This document shows positions 1 to 9,585 of a stretch of DNA of 64,000 nucleotides, piece after piece; the first letter of the stretch is position 1; each line of letters begins with the position of its first letter. The position numbers were made by a program, and so were the translations under genes. The DNA lies in the NCBI GenBank assembly GCA_965248265.1, contig CBDFJF010000001.1:256001-320000 (forward strand), given 5' to 3'. This DNA comes from Candidatus Latescibacterota bacterium. GTDB taxonomy: Bacteria > Latescibacterota > UBA2968 > UBA8231. The notes under the pieces are model-generated. The model ran no database searches. It was not told where the DNA came from and worked only from the letters and a program-made list of their open reading frames with translations.

Positions 1-47
1 CAAAGCTGCAGGCGAAGCGAGTCCGACTGACGCCCCGACCCAATCCG

Positions 48-554
48 ATGATTGAGCAACTGGCCCTCTACCTGTTCGTTGTACTGGCGTTGGCCGGTGG
101 AGTCATGGCTGCGGGCATGCGGCACATCCTCCACGCCATCATCGGCCTCGGGATCAGCCTGCTGGGGATAGCCGGCCTGTTTCTCCATCTGGGCAGTCCG
201 TTCGTCGCAGCCATGCAGATTCTCATCTACATCGGCGGCATCGTCGTCGCCATCGTCTTTGCCATGATGTTGTCGCTCTCCATGACGGTGCAGCCGCCCC
301 GGGCCAATCGCATCAAAGCCTGGTTTGCCGCGATTTCCTCAGCCCTGTTCCTGGTGAGCGTAGCACTCCTGCTATCCAGGGCTGAGTTCCAGACGATCCA
401 AACACCGCCGCCGGCCGACAGCTGGGCCGTCGCCCATATCGGTCACGCCCTGCTCAACCGCTACAATCTGGTGTTCGAAGCCCTGTCCGTTGTGCTGCTG
501 CTGGCCATCATCGGCGCCATCCTGATCGCCAGGCAGGAGAAGCCGGCGTCATGA
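48..554 (+). CDS. nuoJ: NADH-quinone oxidoreductase subunit J
   Basis: Hydrophobic 168 aa; motifs AAMQILIYIGGIVV..FAMML and FEALSVVLLLAIIGAI; upstream of nuoK. Confidence 0.93.
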   Translation: MIEQLALYLFVVLALAGGVMAAGMRHILHAIIGLGISLLGIAGLFLHLGSPFVAAMQILIYIGGIVVAIVFAMMLSLSMTVQPPRANRIKAWFAAISSALFLVSVALLLSRAEFQTIQTPPPADSWAVAHIGHALLNRYNLVFEALSVVLLLAIIGAILIARQEKPAS

Positions 555-856
555 CCCTGCAGACCTACCTGCTGCTAGGCCTGATCCTGTTCTCCCTGGG
601 GCTTTACTGCGTACTGTCCCGGCGCAATCTCATCGGCGTTCTGATCGGCATCGAACTCATGATGAACGCGGCCAGCCTCAACTTCATGGCCTTCAACCGA
701 TTCAGCGTCAGCGATCCTTCCACTGGACAAGTCATCGTCCTCATCGTCATCGGCCTGGCAGCGGCGGAAGTGGCCATCTTCCTGTCGATCATCCTCAACG
801 TCTATCGCATGCGGCGGGCCATCGACGTCGAGGAGCTCAAGGAGTTACAGGGATAG
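551..856 (+). CDS. nuoK: NADH-quinone oxidoreductase subunit K
   Basis: 101 aa, 3 TM; RRNLI..LIGIELMMNAA and AAAEVAI motifs; ATGA overlap with nuoJ. Confidence 0.95.
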   Translation: MTLQTYLLLGLILFSLGLYCVLSRRNLIGVLIGIELMMNAASLNFMAFNRFSVSDPSTGQVIVLIVIGLAAAEVAIFLSIILNVYRMRRAIDVEELKELQG

Positions 857-2712
857 TGCCGGGCGCCCTCGACACACTGACGCTCCTGCTGGGCACGATC
901 TTCGCGCCGTTGGCCGGTTTCCTGGTGGCGATCCTTTTCCTGATGCGCTCGGCTCGAGCGGCGCAGGTCATCGTGTTGGCTAGCACCGCTGTTTCGGTTG
1001 CCGGCTCCACCACACTGCTGATGCGTGGACCCGCTGAGCCATTGCGATTCCTCTGGTTCGCCAGCGGTGATATCCAGCTGCGGTTTGGATTCCTGCTCGA
1101 TGGCGTCAGCCTCATGTTCGGGGTCGTCGTAGCCGTCATTACCCTGTGCGTCATGGTCTACTCGCTCGGCTACATGGGTCATGACCCGGCAAAGACACGC
1201 TACTTCGCTCTGCTGGGTTTCTTCGCCTGGTCTATGCTCAGCTTCGTCTACGCCGTCGACCTACTGCAAGCCTTCATCTTCTGGGAACTGATTGGTCTGT
1301 CTTCCTTCTTCCTGATCGGTTTCTGGTATGAAAAGCCGAGCGCCGCCAACGCCGCCAGGAAGGCCTTCCTGATGACGCGGGTCGGTGATGTCGGCCTGTT
1401 CATCGGAATTCTGCTGATTCTCCAACTGGTCGGCGACTTCGACATACCGGCATTGCTGGACGCCGACTCCGGGCTGGTCACTTCTGTCTCGCCGGCGGCA
1501 CTGACGGCAATCGTCCTGCTCATCTTCGTCGGCATTGTCGGCAAGAGCGCCCAGTTCCCCCTACACACCTGGCTGCCCGACGCCATGGAAGGCCCCACGC
1601 CGGTCAGCGCTCTCCTGCATTCGGCGACGATGGTGGCGGCCGGTGTTTTCCTGATGGCCCGCTTGCACCCCCTGTTCATGGCCGACGAGACCGCGCGCAC
1701 GGTTGTCCTCTGCATCTCCGCGTTAACCGCCTTGCTGGCGGCGACGATGGCGATGGTCGACCGCGACATCAAGAAGGTGCTGGCCTATTCCTCCATTAGT
1801 CAGTTGGGCTTCATGCTGATGGCCCTGGCGGCCGGCAGTCTGTTTGCCGGCGTCTTTCACTTGATCACGCACGCCTTCTTCAAGGCGCTGCTGTTCCTGT
1901 GCTCCGGACTCTACATCCACCACCTGGCCACCAACGACATGGAAGAGATCGGTCGTCTGGGTGGCAGGCGCATGCGCTTTGCTACCATCGGACTCGTAAT
2001 CGGCGGCGGTGCCCTTGCGGGTATCCCTCCTCTGAGCGGCTTCTTCAGCAAGGAAGAGATTTTCGCTCAACTGGGCCACGATGGGTTCACTCTGTTTACG
2101 GGGGCCGCTTTCACGGCTGCTTTTCTCACGGCCTACTACACCTTTCGCATGGTCTTCCTGGTTGGTCGACCTGCCGCCGACGATGTGCGCGAAGCCGCTC
2201 CGGAACACTCCGGACCCGCAGAGCCCTTTAACATGGTGGCCCCGGTGGTGTTGCTGACGGTCGCCGCCGCCCTCATCGGCTTTGCCGGAACCGACATCGC
2301 CGCCGGCCTCGGCCTGAAACCGGCCGTGCACAGCCTGGCATCAGCCCTGCCTGCCGTGATCGTCGTTTTGTTCGGTGTCGCCGTCGCCTGGTTGGATTTC
2401 GGTCGCCGGAACGCACAACGCATTGGCTTCATCAACGCCGTACCGCCACTGCAAACCCTCTTCGTCAATCAGTGGTACATCGACGCCTTCTATCGAGCCA
2501 TCATCGTCCGCATCACGGTGACGACCGCCGCGGTGTTCCATTGGATGGAAGTCAAGATTCTCGATGGTGGCTTCGATCACATGGCGGATAGCATTCTCGC
2601 CTGGGGCAAGCGCTCCACCCGCGTTCAAAACGGCTGGGTCCAATTCTACGGGGGGTGCGCCATCGTCATGTTCGGTGTCCTGGCCCTGTACCTCGGCGCG
2701 CACGGAGGGTGA
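856..2712 (+). CDS. nuoL: NADH-quinone oxidoreductase subunit L
   Basis: GKSAQFPLHTWLPDAMEGPTPVSALLHSATMVAAG, KKVLAYSSISQLG, HAFFKALLFL. Confidence 0.96.
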   Translation: MPGALDTLTLLLGTIFAPLAGFLVAILFLMRSARAAQVIVLASTAVSVAGSTTLLMRGPAEPLRFLWFASGDIQLRFGFLLDGVSLMFGVVVAVITLCVMVYSLGYMGHDPAKTRYFALLGFFAWSMLSFVYAVDLLQAFIFWELIGLSSFFLIGFWYEKPSAANAARKAFLMTRVGDVGLFIGILLILQLVGDFDIPALLDADSGLVTSVSPAALTAIVLLIFVGIVGKSAQFPLHTWLPDAMEGPTPVSALLHSATMVAAGVFLMARLHPLFMADETARTVVLCISALTALLAATMAMVDRDIKKVLAYSSISQLGFMLMALAAGSLFAGVFHLITHAFFKALLFLCSGLYIHHLATNDMEEIGRLGGRRMRFATIGLVIGGGALAGIPPLSGFFSKEEIFAQLGHDGFTLFTGAAFTAAFLTAYYTFRMVFLVGRPAADDVREAAPEHSGPAEPFNMVAPVVLLTVAAALIGFAGTDIAAGLGLKPAVHSLASALPAVIVVLFGVAVAWLDFGRRNAQRIGFINAVPPLQTLFVNQWYIDAFYRAIIVRITVTTAAVFHWMEVKILDGGFDHMADSILAWGKRSTRVQNGWVQFYGGCAIVMFGVLALYLGAHGG

Positions 2713-2719
2713 CCGACTG

Positions 2720-4195
2720 ATGCCGTTGCTCAGCGCCATCATCGCCTGCCCATTAGCCGCGCTGGTCATCGTCCTGTGCGCTCCCGCAAGTGCGGTCCGC
2801 CTGATCCGCTGGGTCAGTGCCTTGAGCGCGCTGACCGCAGGCGCTCTGAGTCTTCATCTGTGGCACAGCTACGACGCGGCCACCGCAGGCCAGCAGTTCG
2901 TCGAACGCATCCCCTGGGTAGCCAGCGCCGGTATCTCCTACCACCTCGGCGTCGACGGCTTCAGCACCATCCTGGTGATGCTGAACTCGATCGTCTTTTT
3001 CACCGGTGTGCTGACGATGTGGGACCTCGAGGAACGCGTGAAGGGCTTCTTCGCCTTCATGCTCCTCCTCGTCATCGGCGTCTACGGCGTTTTCCTGTCG
3101 CTTGATCTGTTCTTCTTCTTTTTCTTCTACGAGATCGCCGTCGTTCCGATGTACCCGCTGATCCTGATCTGGGGTAGCGGCAACAAGGAATACGCGGCCA
3201 TGAAGCTGACCCTGTTCCTGCTGGCCGGCAGCGCCCTGTTGTTTCCCGCCCTGCTGGCGATCTATCATACGGCCGGGCTCGGCACCTTCGACATGACCCT
3301 GCTGGCCGCGCATGCCTTCGATCCCGAGTTCCAGGTCTTCGTCTACCCCTTCGTCTTCGTCGGTTTTGGAGTTCTCGCCGGCATGTTTCCGGTGCACGGA
3401 TGGTCGCCGACCGGCCACGTCGCCGCCCCTTCAGCCGTCTCCATGCTCCATGCGGGTGTGTTGATGAAATTAGGCGCCTTCGGCATTCTGTCCGTCGGCA
3501 TCCGCATTCTGCCCGAAGGCGCCGTGTACTGGGCGCCCGTGTTCGCGGTCCTGGCCTCCATCGGCATCGTCTACGGCGCTTTCGTGGCCATACGACAAAC
3601 CGACTTCAAGTTCGTCATCGGCTTCTCATCGGTGTCGCACATGGGCATCGTCGTACTGGGACTCAACCTGGCCGTGTTGGGCCAGGCCGGAGCCGATGCC
3701 CTCAACGGCGCCGTTTTCCAGATGTTCGCTCATGGGATCATGACGGCCCTCTTCTTCAGTGTCGTCGGTTTCATTTATGATCGTTCACACTCCAAAACCA
3801 TCGCCGACTTCGGGGGACTGGGGTCGCAGATGCCGCGCGCCGTCTCCGTCTTCATCGTCGCCGGCCTGTGCGGTGCCGGCCTGCCCGGATTGGCCAGCTT
3901 CTGGGCCGAAATGCTGGTCTTTCTAGCCGCGCTCAAGACTTACCCGGTCATAGGTGTCTGCATCATCGCCGGGCTGGTACTCACGGCCGTCTACGTGCTG
4001 CGGGTGTTCATCCAGGCCTTCTTCGGACCGCCAAACCCGCGTTGGCAGAAACTCGAACGCATGGACCTGGATGGATGGGCCATGCTCCTCCCCCGAGCCC
4101 TGCTCATCGCCGTGCTCGTGTTCTTCGGGTTTGTGCCACGAGCGATCTTAGATGTTATCAACAGCACCACCCTCAATCTGCTCTCAACTTTCTGA
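2720..4195 (+). CDS. nuoM: NADH-quinone oxidoreductase subunit M
   Basis: Start reassigned to ATG at 2720 (MPLLSAII) just after the nuoL stop; HGWSPTGHVAAPSAVSMLHAGVLMKLG, FSSVSHMG. Confidence 0.94.
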   Translation: MPLLSAIIACPLAALVIVLCAPASAVRLIRWVSALSALTAGALSLHLWHSYDAATAGQQFVERIPWVASAGISYHLGVDGFSTILVMLNSIVFFTGVLTMWDLEERVKGFFAFMLLLVIGVYGVFLSLDLFFFFFFYEIAVVPMYPLILIWGSGNKEYAAMKLTLFLLAGSALLFPALLAIYHTAGLGTFDMTLLAAHAFDPEFQVFVYPFVFVGFGVLAGMFPVHGWSPTGHVAAPSAVSMLHAGVLMKLGAFGILSVGIRILPEGAVYWAPVFAVLASIGIVYGAFVAIRQTDFKFVIGFSSVSHMGIVVLGLNLAVLGQAGADALNGAVFQMFAHGIMTALFFSVVGFIYDRSHSKTIADFGGLGSQMPRAVSVFIVAGLCGAGLPGLASFWAEMLVFLAALKTYPVIGVCIIAGLVLTAVYVLRVFIQAFFGPPNPRWQKLERMDLDGWAMLLPRALLIAVLVFFGFVPRAILDVINSTTLNLLSTF

Positions 4196-4198
4196 TCC

Positions 4199-5629
4199 AT
4201 GGCTGACGTCATCCTTTTCCTGCCCGAGATCGTCTGCCTGGTGATGGCCTTGCTCCTGTTCCTTGCACCCGTCTGCTCGCTGCGCTACAACACGGCCTGG
4301 GGCATGGCCGTGATCGCCGGCATCCTCGCCGTCGCCGCCAGCCTCTACACCTGGCCGCTGTCGGGCGAGCCGTTCTTTGCCGGCATCTATCGAGTCGACT
4401 TTTTCTCCCAACTGGTGAAAACGGCCCTGGCAGTCGGCTACCTGCTCGTCGTCGTCATCAGCAAGGACCCACGCACCCTGCGCGCCGCTACATGGCATGA
4501 ATTCCCATTGTTTCTGCTCTTGTCGACGGTCGGGATGATGATGATGGTCAGCGCCACGGAATTATTGACCCTCTATATCTCCATGGAGATGTCGGCCTAC
4601 CCGCTCTACATCGTCGTCGCCTTGCACCGCAATCGCACCATCGGCTCCGAGAGCTCGACCAAGTACATGGTCCAGGGAATGGCAGCATCAGCCATCTCCC
4701 TTTACGGAATGAGCTTCCTCTTCGGCCTGCTCGGTTCCACCTATTTCGATACACTGGGTGCTCAGCTCGACAGCGTCGCGCTGCAACCGGTCTTCTGGCT
4801 GGCCGTTGCGTTGATCCTTTCCGGGTTCCTGTTCAAGCTGGCCGTGTTCCCCTTCCACTTCTGGGCACCCGACACCTATCAGGCCGCGCCCCACGAAGTC
4901 GTCACCTTCATCGCTACCGCTTCCAAGGTCGCCGCCGTGGCCCTGCTTTGCCGCATCGTTTCGCTGGTGATACCAGCCTCGGAGAGCCTCCTTCACGCCC
5001 GGCCGGTATTGATGTGGCTGTCCATCGTCGCCATGACTCTGGGCAACCTGGCCGCTCTGAGACAAAAAGACCTGAAGCGTCTGTTGGGCTACTCCGCGAT
5101 TGCTCACGGCGGCTATATCCTGATAGGCCTCCAGGCCTTGTCCGGCCTCGGACTCACCGCGGCCCTGTTCTACGCCCTCGGTTATGCCGCCATGTCATTC
5201 GTCTGTTTTCTGGTGGTTTGTGAGGTGGGTCGGGACCAGGACGTCGTTCCGATAGATTCCGTGTCCGGGTTGTACAAGCGCTCGCCTTGGCTTGCGGCCG
5301 TGCTTCTAGTGGGCCTGCTGGGACTGATCGGCCTGCCGCCGACGGTCGGCTTCATCGGCAAGTGGTTCCTGTTCTCGGCCGCCCTGGAGCAGGGGCAGTT
5401 CGCCCTGATCCTGTTCGCCGCGATCAACGCAGCCATCGCTCTTTATTACTATCTGCTCATCATTCGCCAGGCCTACATGGTAGAGCCTGCAACCACGGAA
5501 CCGATCCACCTTCGTTTGCCAGCGCTGATGACGGCAACGACCACCACCGCCCTCGTCGTCGCCATGGGAACATTTCCAAACTTCTTCTGGGACTGCGCGG
5601 AGCAAGCCGCTGCGCTGCTGGTCAGATAG
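4199..5629 (+). CDS. nuoN: NADH-quinone oxidoreductase subunit N
   Basis: FKLAVFPFHFWAPDTYQAAP, KRLLGYSAIAHGGY, GLPPTVGFIGKW. Confidence 0.95.
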   Translation: MADVILFLPEIVCLVMALLLFLAPVCSLRYNTAWGMAVIAGILAVAASLYTWPLSGEPFFAGIYRVDFFSQLVKTALAVGYLLVVVISKDPRTLRAATWHEFPLFLLLSTVGMMMMVSATELLTLYISMEMSAYPLYIVVALHRNRTIGSESSTKYMVQGMAASAISLYGMSFLFGLLGSTYFDTLGAQLDSVALQPVFWLAVALILSGFLFKLAVFPFHFWAPDTYQAAPHEVVTFIATASKVAAVALLCRIVSLVIPASESLLHARPVLMWLSIVAMTLGNLAALRQKDLKRLLGYSAIAHGGYILIGLQALSGLGLTAALFYALGYAAMSFVCFLVVCEVGRDQDVVPIDSVSGLYKRSPWLAAVLLVGLLGLIGLPPTVGFIGKWFLFSAALEQGQFALILFAAINAAIALYYYLLIIRQAYMVEPATTEPIHLRLPALMTATTTTALVVAMGTFPNFFWDCAEQAAALLVR

Positions 5630-5645
5630 TCTTACGGGAGTCATC

Positions 5646-6497
5646 ATGGAGATCATCCTCAATTCCAAGTTCTTCGCTGAGCTCTCGCCCGCCCAGTTGG
5701 GTGAAGAGATTAAGTCCTTCGGGTATGACGGCATCGACGTCTGCGTGCGCCCCGGTCACCCCGTTCACTTCGGTAACGTGACCACGTCGTTGCCCGAAGC
5801 CGTGGCGGTGTGGCGAGACCAGGGAGTCAGCTGTCCGATGGTCAGCTCCCCCGTCGACTTCACCGACCCGCATTCGGCCGACGCCAAAGCCCTGTACGCC
5901 GCGTGTGAGGCGGCCGGTGTGGGTCTGATAAAACCTGGTTACTGGCGTTTCAACGACGGGGATGACTACTGGCAGGTGTTGGAACAAGCCCGTGAAGGAT
6001 TGGCGGAGTTCGCCAGACTCGGAGAACAACACGGTGTCAAAACCTGTTGCCACATGCACAGCGGACAATGCATTGGCTCCAACTGCGCCGGTCTCATGCA
6101 CTTGATCCAGGGATTCGATCCGGCGCTGGTGGGAGCCTACGCCGACTTCGGACACATGGCCCTCGACGGCGAGGACATCGCCATGGGCATGGCGATGATC
6201 CGCGATCACCTGTGCGTCGTCGGCATGAAGGACGGCTTTCAGGCCTTCAGAGAGGGAGAAGAGCCGTCGTACGGTCCCAAGTTCGGCCAGCTCGGAGCCG
6301 GCAGCGTCGACTGGCGCCGCGCCCTCCGGACACTCGCGGACATGAACTTCGACGGACCCATGTGTGTTCATACCGAGTATGAATTCGACGAAGCCATCAT
6401 CCGCGAAGTTGGTTACGCCGACCAAAAACCACCGGATCTGGAGACCGTTCCCAAAGAGGACGCTGCCTACCTGCGCCGGCTCATGAACGAGTTGTGA
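5646..6497 (+). CDS. Sugar phosphate isomerase/epimerase family (xylose isomerase-like TIM barrel)
   Basis: GYDGID..RPG, ADFGH, MKD, LGAGSVDW, HTEY motifs; SD GGGAG upstream. Confidence 0.8.
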   Translation: MEIILNSKFFAELSPAQLGEEIKSFGYDGIDVCVRPGHPVHFGNVTTSLPEAVAVWRDQGVSCPMVSSPVDFTDPHSADAKALYAACEAAGVGLIKPGYWRFNDGDDYWQVLEQAREGLAEFARLGEQHGVKTCCHMHSGQCIGSNCAGLMHLIQGFDPALVGAYADFGHMALDGEDIAMGMAMIRDHLCVVGMKDGFQAFREGEEPSYGPKFGQLGAGSVDWRRALRTLADMNFDGPMCVHTEYEFDEAIIREVGYADQKPPDLETVPKEDAAYLRRLMNEL

Positions 6498-6769
6498 CCT
6501 CGCCGTCGACAGTCGACCCTGCACAACTCGACGCACCCGCCCTGTGTTCTCGACTACCGGACAATCGAGTCAGCACGGCTTAGAGCCCGTGCACTCTCGC
6601 GCAACCCTCGCGCTACCCGGTGCAATCCCGCGCAACGGACTGCGCATTCGGCATGGAATCTCCCATCCTTCCAACACCATCCCGCACAGCTGATTTCGAC
6701 TGTACGGTCCATGATCCTCTGCATTGGCAACGTCTTTGCATATACAGCGTACATACAAGGCTGACCAAC

Positions 6770-7574
6770 ATGCAGACGACCCCAATCCCGATGCCCCGAG
6801 TTCGAGAGCTGAGCGCGCTTGTCCTTGCTCTCTGTTGCGGCGGTTGCATATCGGTTCACCAGACCAATCTCCGCTCACCTGTCCCCCACCCGCCAGTTCA
6901 TATCGTAGAAAAAAGCGATGAGCTTGTACTTGAGTTGAAGCCGCGGCTTGATATCAACTTCGATCAGACGCTCGAAACCGCGATTGATCACTCGGATGTC
7001 AACACTACTTGGCAACTGCCAAAAGCCCAGATCGGCCTTGATGGAACCCTGTCGCGATCCGCTTTGCAGTTGTCTGCTGGCATCGGCTATGCAAGGATCG
7101 AAGAAGAGGGTTATTCATTCGGCACCGTCGAACTGGGGGTCAGGCCAGTTTCGCTGGGTAGCTACCTGGGACTTGGGTTCAGATGGCGAAAAAGCTGGTC
7201 GGAGACTGATTACACCTACTCCTCCTCAGGTGCTTTTGGTGCTGAGCAAGGGGATGGTGGTGCGACAAGCCAACGACTACTTGAAGGACCTGTTCCTCCA
7301 TTTCTCGCACAACTCCCCCGCGTGGGGTGATGGTGGAGGCTATTTCCTGAGCGTCGAAGTCGGCTTCATAGAGCTGCTCCGTATCCAGGACAGGCGAGAA
7401 AATACAGCGTATGCCAAAAAAATGGGCTCCTTGACCGTGGGCGCCTATCGGGACATAGACCCCTCACGGCGATTAGTGGCGGGGTTGCGTGTGACTCGGC
7501 TTGTCGACCGACATCTGCCCGAGATCGTCGCTCAAATCGACTGGAAGGTGGGTCGACGGGCGTTCAAGCACTGA
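6770..7574 (+). pseudogene. Frameshifted putative lipoprotein / outer-membrane beta-rich protein
   Basis: Lipobox-like LALCCGGC and amphipathic beta strands in ORF 6620..7330; plausible coding continues in another frame after ~7265 (ANDYLKDLFLHFSH...AQIDWKVG) to 7574. Confidence 0.5.
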
Positions 7575-7684
7575 CGTTGACTCGCGGCCGATGCACTGGC
7601 TGAACCCGGATTCAGGCTGTCGCTCCGTGAGCACGCAAGACAGATACCGCACCCCAACTCGCAGTCACCGCGGCGGCGCCAGGG

Positions 7685-8749
7685 TCAGGTTTCTAGATCA
7701 AACAGCTTCGCCGCGTTGTTCCAGAACATGTCTTCGATGGCACTATCACCCAAACGCTCCGACCAGCAGGCAAACTTGAGGGCACGCAGCGTTTCCAGCC
7801 CGCTGTGTATGGGTTTGAGCATGTTGTGTTTTTCCTCCCATACCGGGGTGTTCTCGTACAGCCAGAGAAAAGAATCGACGACGCCCAGTGAGCGGCCGCG
7901 GTTGCCGAGAAAGTCTGAGCCGTTCATCAGCTTGTCGTGACCGATGATGCGGATGATGGATTGGTGCGCTATCGGCTCGCAGACGGCGCTGATGTCGAAG
8001 TAGAGGTTATCCAGTCCAGTGAGTTGCGGCAGCCCCTCGAGATTGTGCGACGGCTGATGGCCACGAGCCGAATGCGCCAGAATCAGCTTCATGTTCGGAT
8101 AGGTCTCACAATAGTGCCGAATCCAATGGATGTTCGCCGGGTCGGCAACCGCCCGGGACTTGACGATGTGGAGCATGATCACCCAGCCCTCTTCGTCGGC
8201 GACCTTGATCAGCGGTTCAGGTAAGTAGTCAGGAATATCGGCCTCCCACGTCGGATCGACCTTCGCCCAGGTGTGATAGCACTTGAGCCCATGCAGCTTC
8301 AACCGGCGCACCTCCTGCCGTACCCACTCCGGATCGTCGTCCGGAGTGACGAGAAAGGTGCCTCGGCACTGTGTGTCCTTTGCGGTATTCTCACCGATCC
8401 ACCCGTTGGTGCGCTCCTGGATGTTGGTGGTGTTGCACGGACCGTCCGGAGTGGGATAGGGCCAGGGCAGGAACAGCGCCGCCACCGGCCGACCATGGTA
8501 CAGTACATCCAGCATCGGTTTGTATTCGTCGTAACCGACTTCCTCCAGTGACTGGCCGAAGGGATTCTCGAAATGGTCCGGATGCCACAGGTGCACGTGG
8601 GCGTCGAAGACGCGATCTGGAATAAAGGATGCCAGTTCGCGCTCGTAGAACTCGATGTCTTCCTCTCGTATGTGCCCTGCCGTGGTTGATACCGTCATCT
8701 CAGTAATACCTTTGAAATTGGCCTGCTCTGTATCGATCCGGTCGGACAT
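7685..8749 (-). CDS. Amidohydrolase family protein (Amidohydro_2-like)
   Basis: FDAHVH metal motif, GLKCYH, LILAH, GSDF, NAAKLF; true start may be the second Met (MTVST). Confidence 0.82.
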   Translation of the reverse strand: MSDRIDTEQANFKGITEMTVSTTAGHIREEDIEFYERELASFIPDRVFDAHVHLWHPDHFENPFGQSLEEVGYDEYKPMLDVLYHGRPVAALFLPWPYPTPDGPCNTTNIQERTNGWIGENTAKDTQCRGTFLVTPDDDPEWVRQEVRRLKLHGLKCYHTWAKVDPTWEADIPDYLPEPLIKVADEEGWVIMLHIVKSRAVADPANIHWIRHYCETYPNMKLILAHSARGHQPSHNLEGLPQLTGLDNLYFDISAVCEPIAHQSIIRIIGHDKLMNGSDFLGNRGRSLGVVDSFLWLYENTPVWEEKHNMLKPIHSGLETLRALKFACWSERLGDSAIEDMFWNNAAKLFDLET

Positions 8750-8970
8750 AACTTACGGTCCATGCAATGGTGTGCGCGAGGACGGCGTTCCCCAACCAGG
8801 ATCTGCAGCGCATGGTTTTGCATCACCCATGATCATCCGCCGACAGCGCTTGTGGGCCACCTTCGATTGTCATAACATCAGCCCGGTATCATCCTGGCAC
8901 GGCCCGGGTAGACCACCCCCGGGTTGATGCCATCCACTACCTCAGTTCCATCAAATCCGGGAGGGTCAAG

Positions 8971-9396
8971 ATGAACATCGGTAGATTGTTGTGCGCGGCA
9001 CTTGTAGGGGGTGCCGTCATGTGGCTTCTGGGTGGCCTGTGGCACATGATGATCATGGACACCTTCTATAGCGGCAACAGCGCCTCCGTGCGCCTCGAAG
9101 AACCGCTGATGAGGTGGATCATCCTTGGGTACGTGATCCTGGGGCTGCTGATGGCCTACATCTATCCCAAGGGATTCTCTGGCGGGGGCGCCGTGAGTGA
9201 AGGCCTGCGTTTCGGGGCGATTGTCGGGCTCCTCTGGGTCCTGCCGCACGCCGTAATCCTTCACGGAGTCTATTACGGCGCCACGGGCAGGCTGATCTTG
9301 ATCGATGCTGCTTGGCACATGGTGGAACAGGGAATTGGGGGAATCGTCATCGCTCTCATCTATGGCTTGAGCGCGAGGACGGAATCGACGCAATAG
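8971..9396 (+). CDS. Small 4-TM membrane protein (DUF1761-like)
   Basis: 141 aa, LGGLWH, EGLRFGAIVGLL; SD GGGAGG. Confidence 0.7.
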   Translation: MNIGRLLCAALVGGAVMWLLGGLWHMMIMDTFYSGNSASVRLEEPLMRWIILGYVILGLLMAYIYPKGFSGGGAVSEGLRFGAIVGLLWVLPHAVILHGVYYGATGRLILIDAAWHMVEQGIGGIVIALIYGLSARTESTQ

Positions 9397-9416
9397 GCGC
9401 GGCTGCACGACCACGC

Positions 9417-9451
9417 GAAACGGCCCCGACTTGTCCGGTTGGGGCCGTTTC
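9417..9451 (+). terminator. Probable intrinsic terminator hairpin
   Basis: GAAACGGCCCC...GGGGCCGTTTC inverted repeat 20 bp after the stop at 9396. Confidence 0.6.
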
Positions 9452-9585
9452 GGCTTTCAAACCGAATTCGTCACACGATGCCTCCTTGTGCCAAATGCAA
9501 TCCCGGTTACCTTGCAGGTAACGATATTCCAGCTAAGCCTATCTCATCCACGCCCCCTTCACTTGGGTCGTGAGGAACGATTCCA

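Noticed and set aside
2564-2719. Longer start for nuoM
   Set aside because: Overlaps nuoL by about 150 bp with non-homologous sequence; ATG at 2720 fits operon spacing
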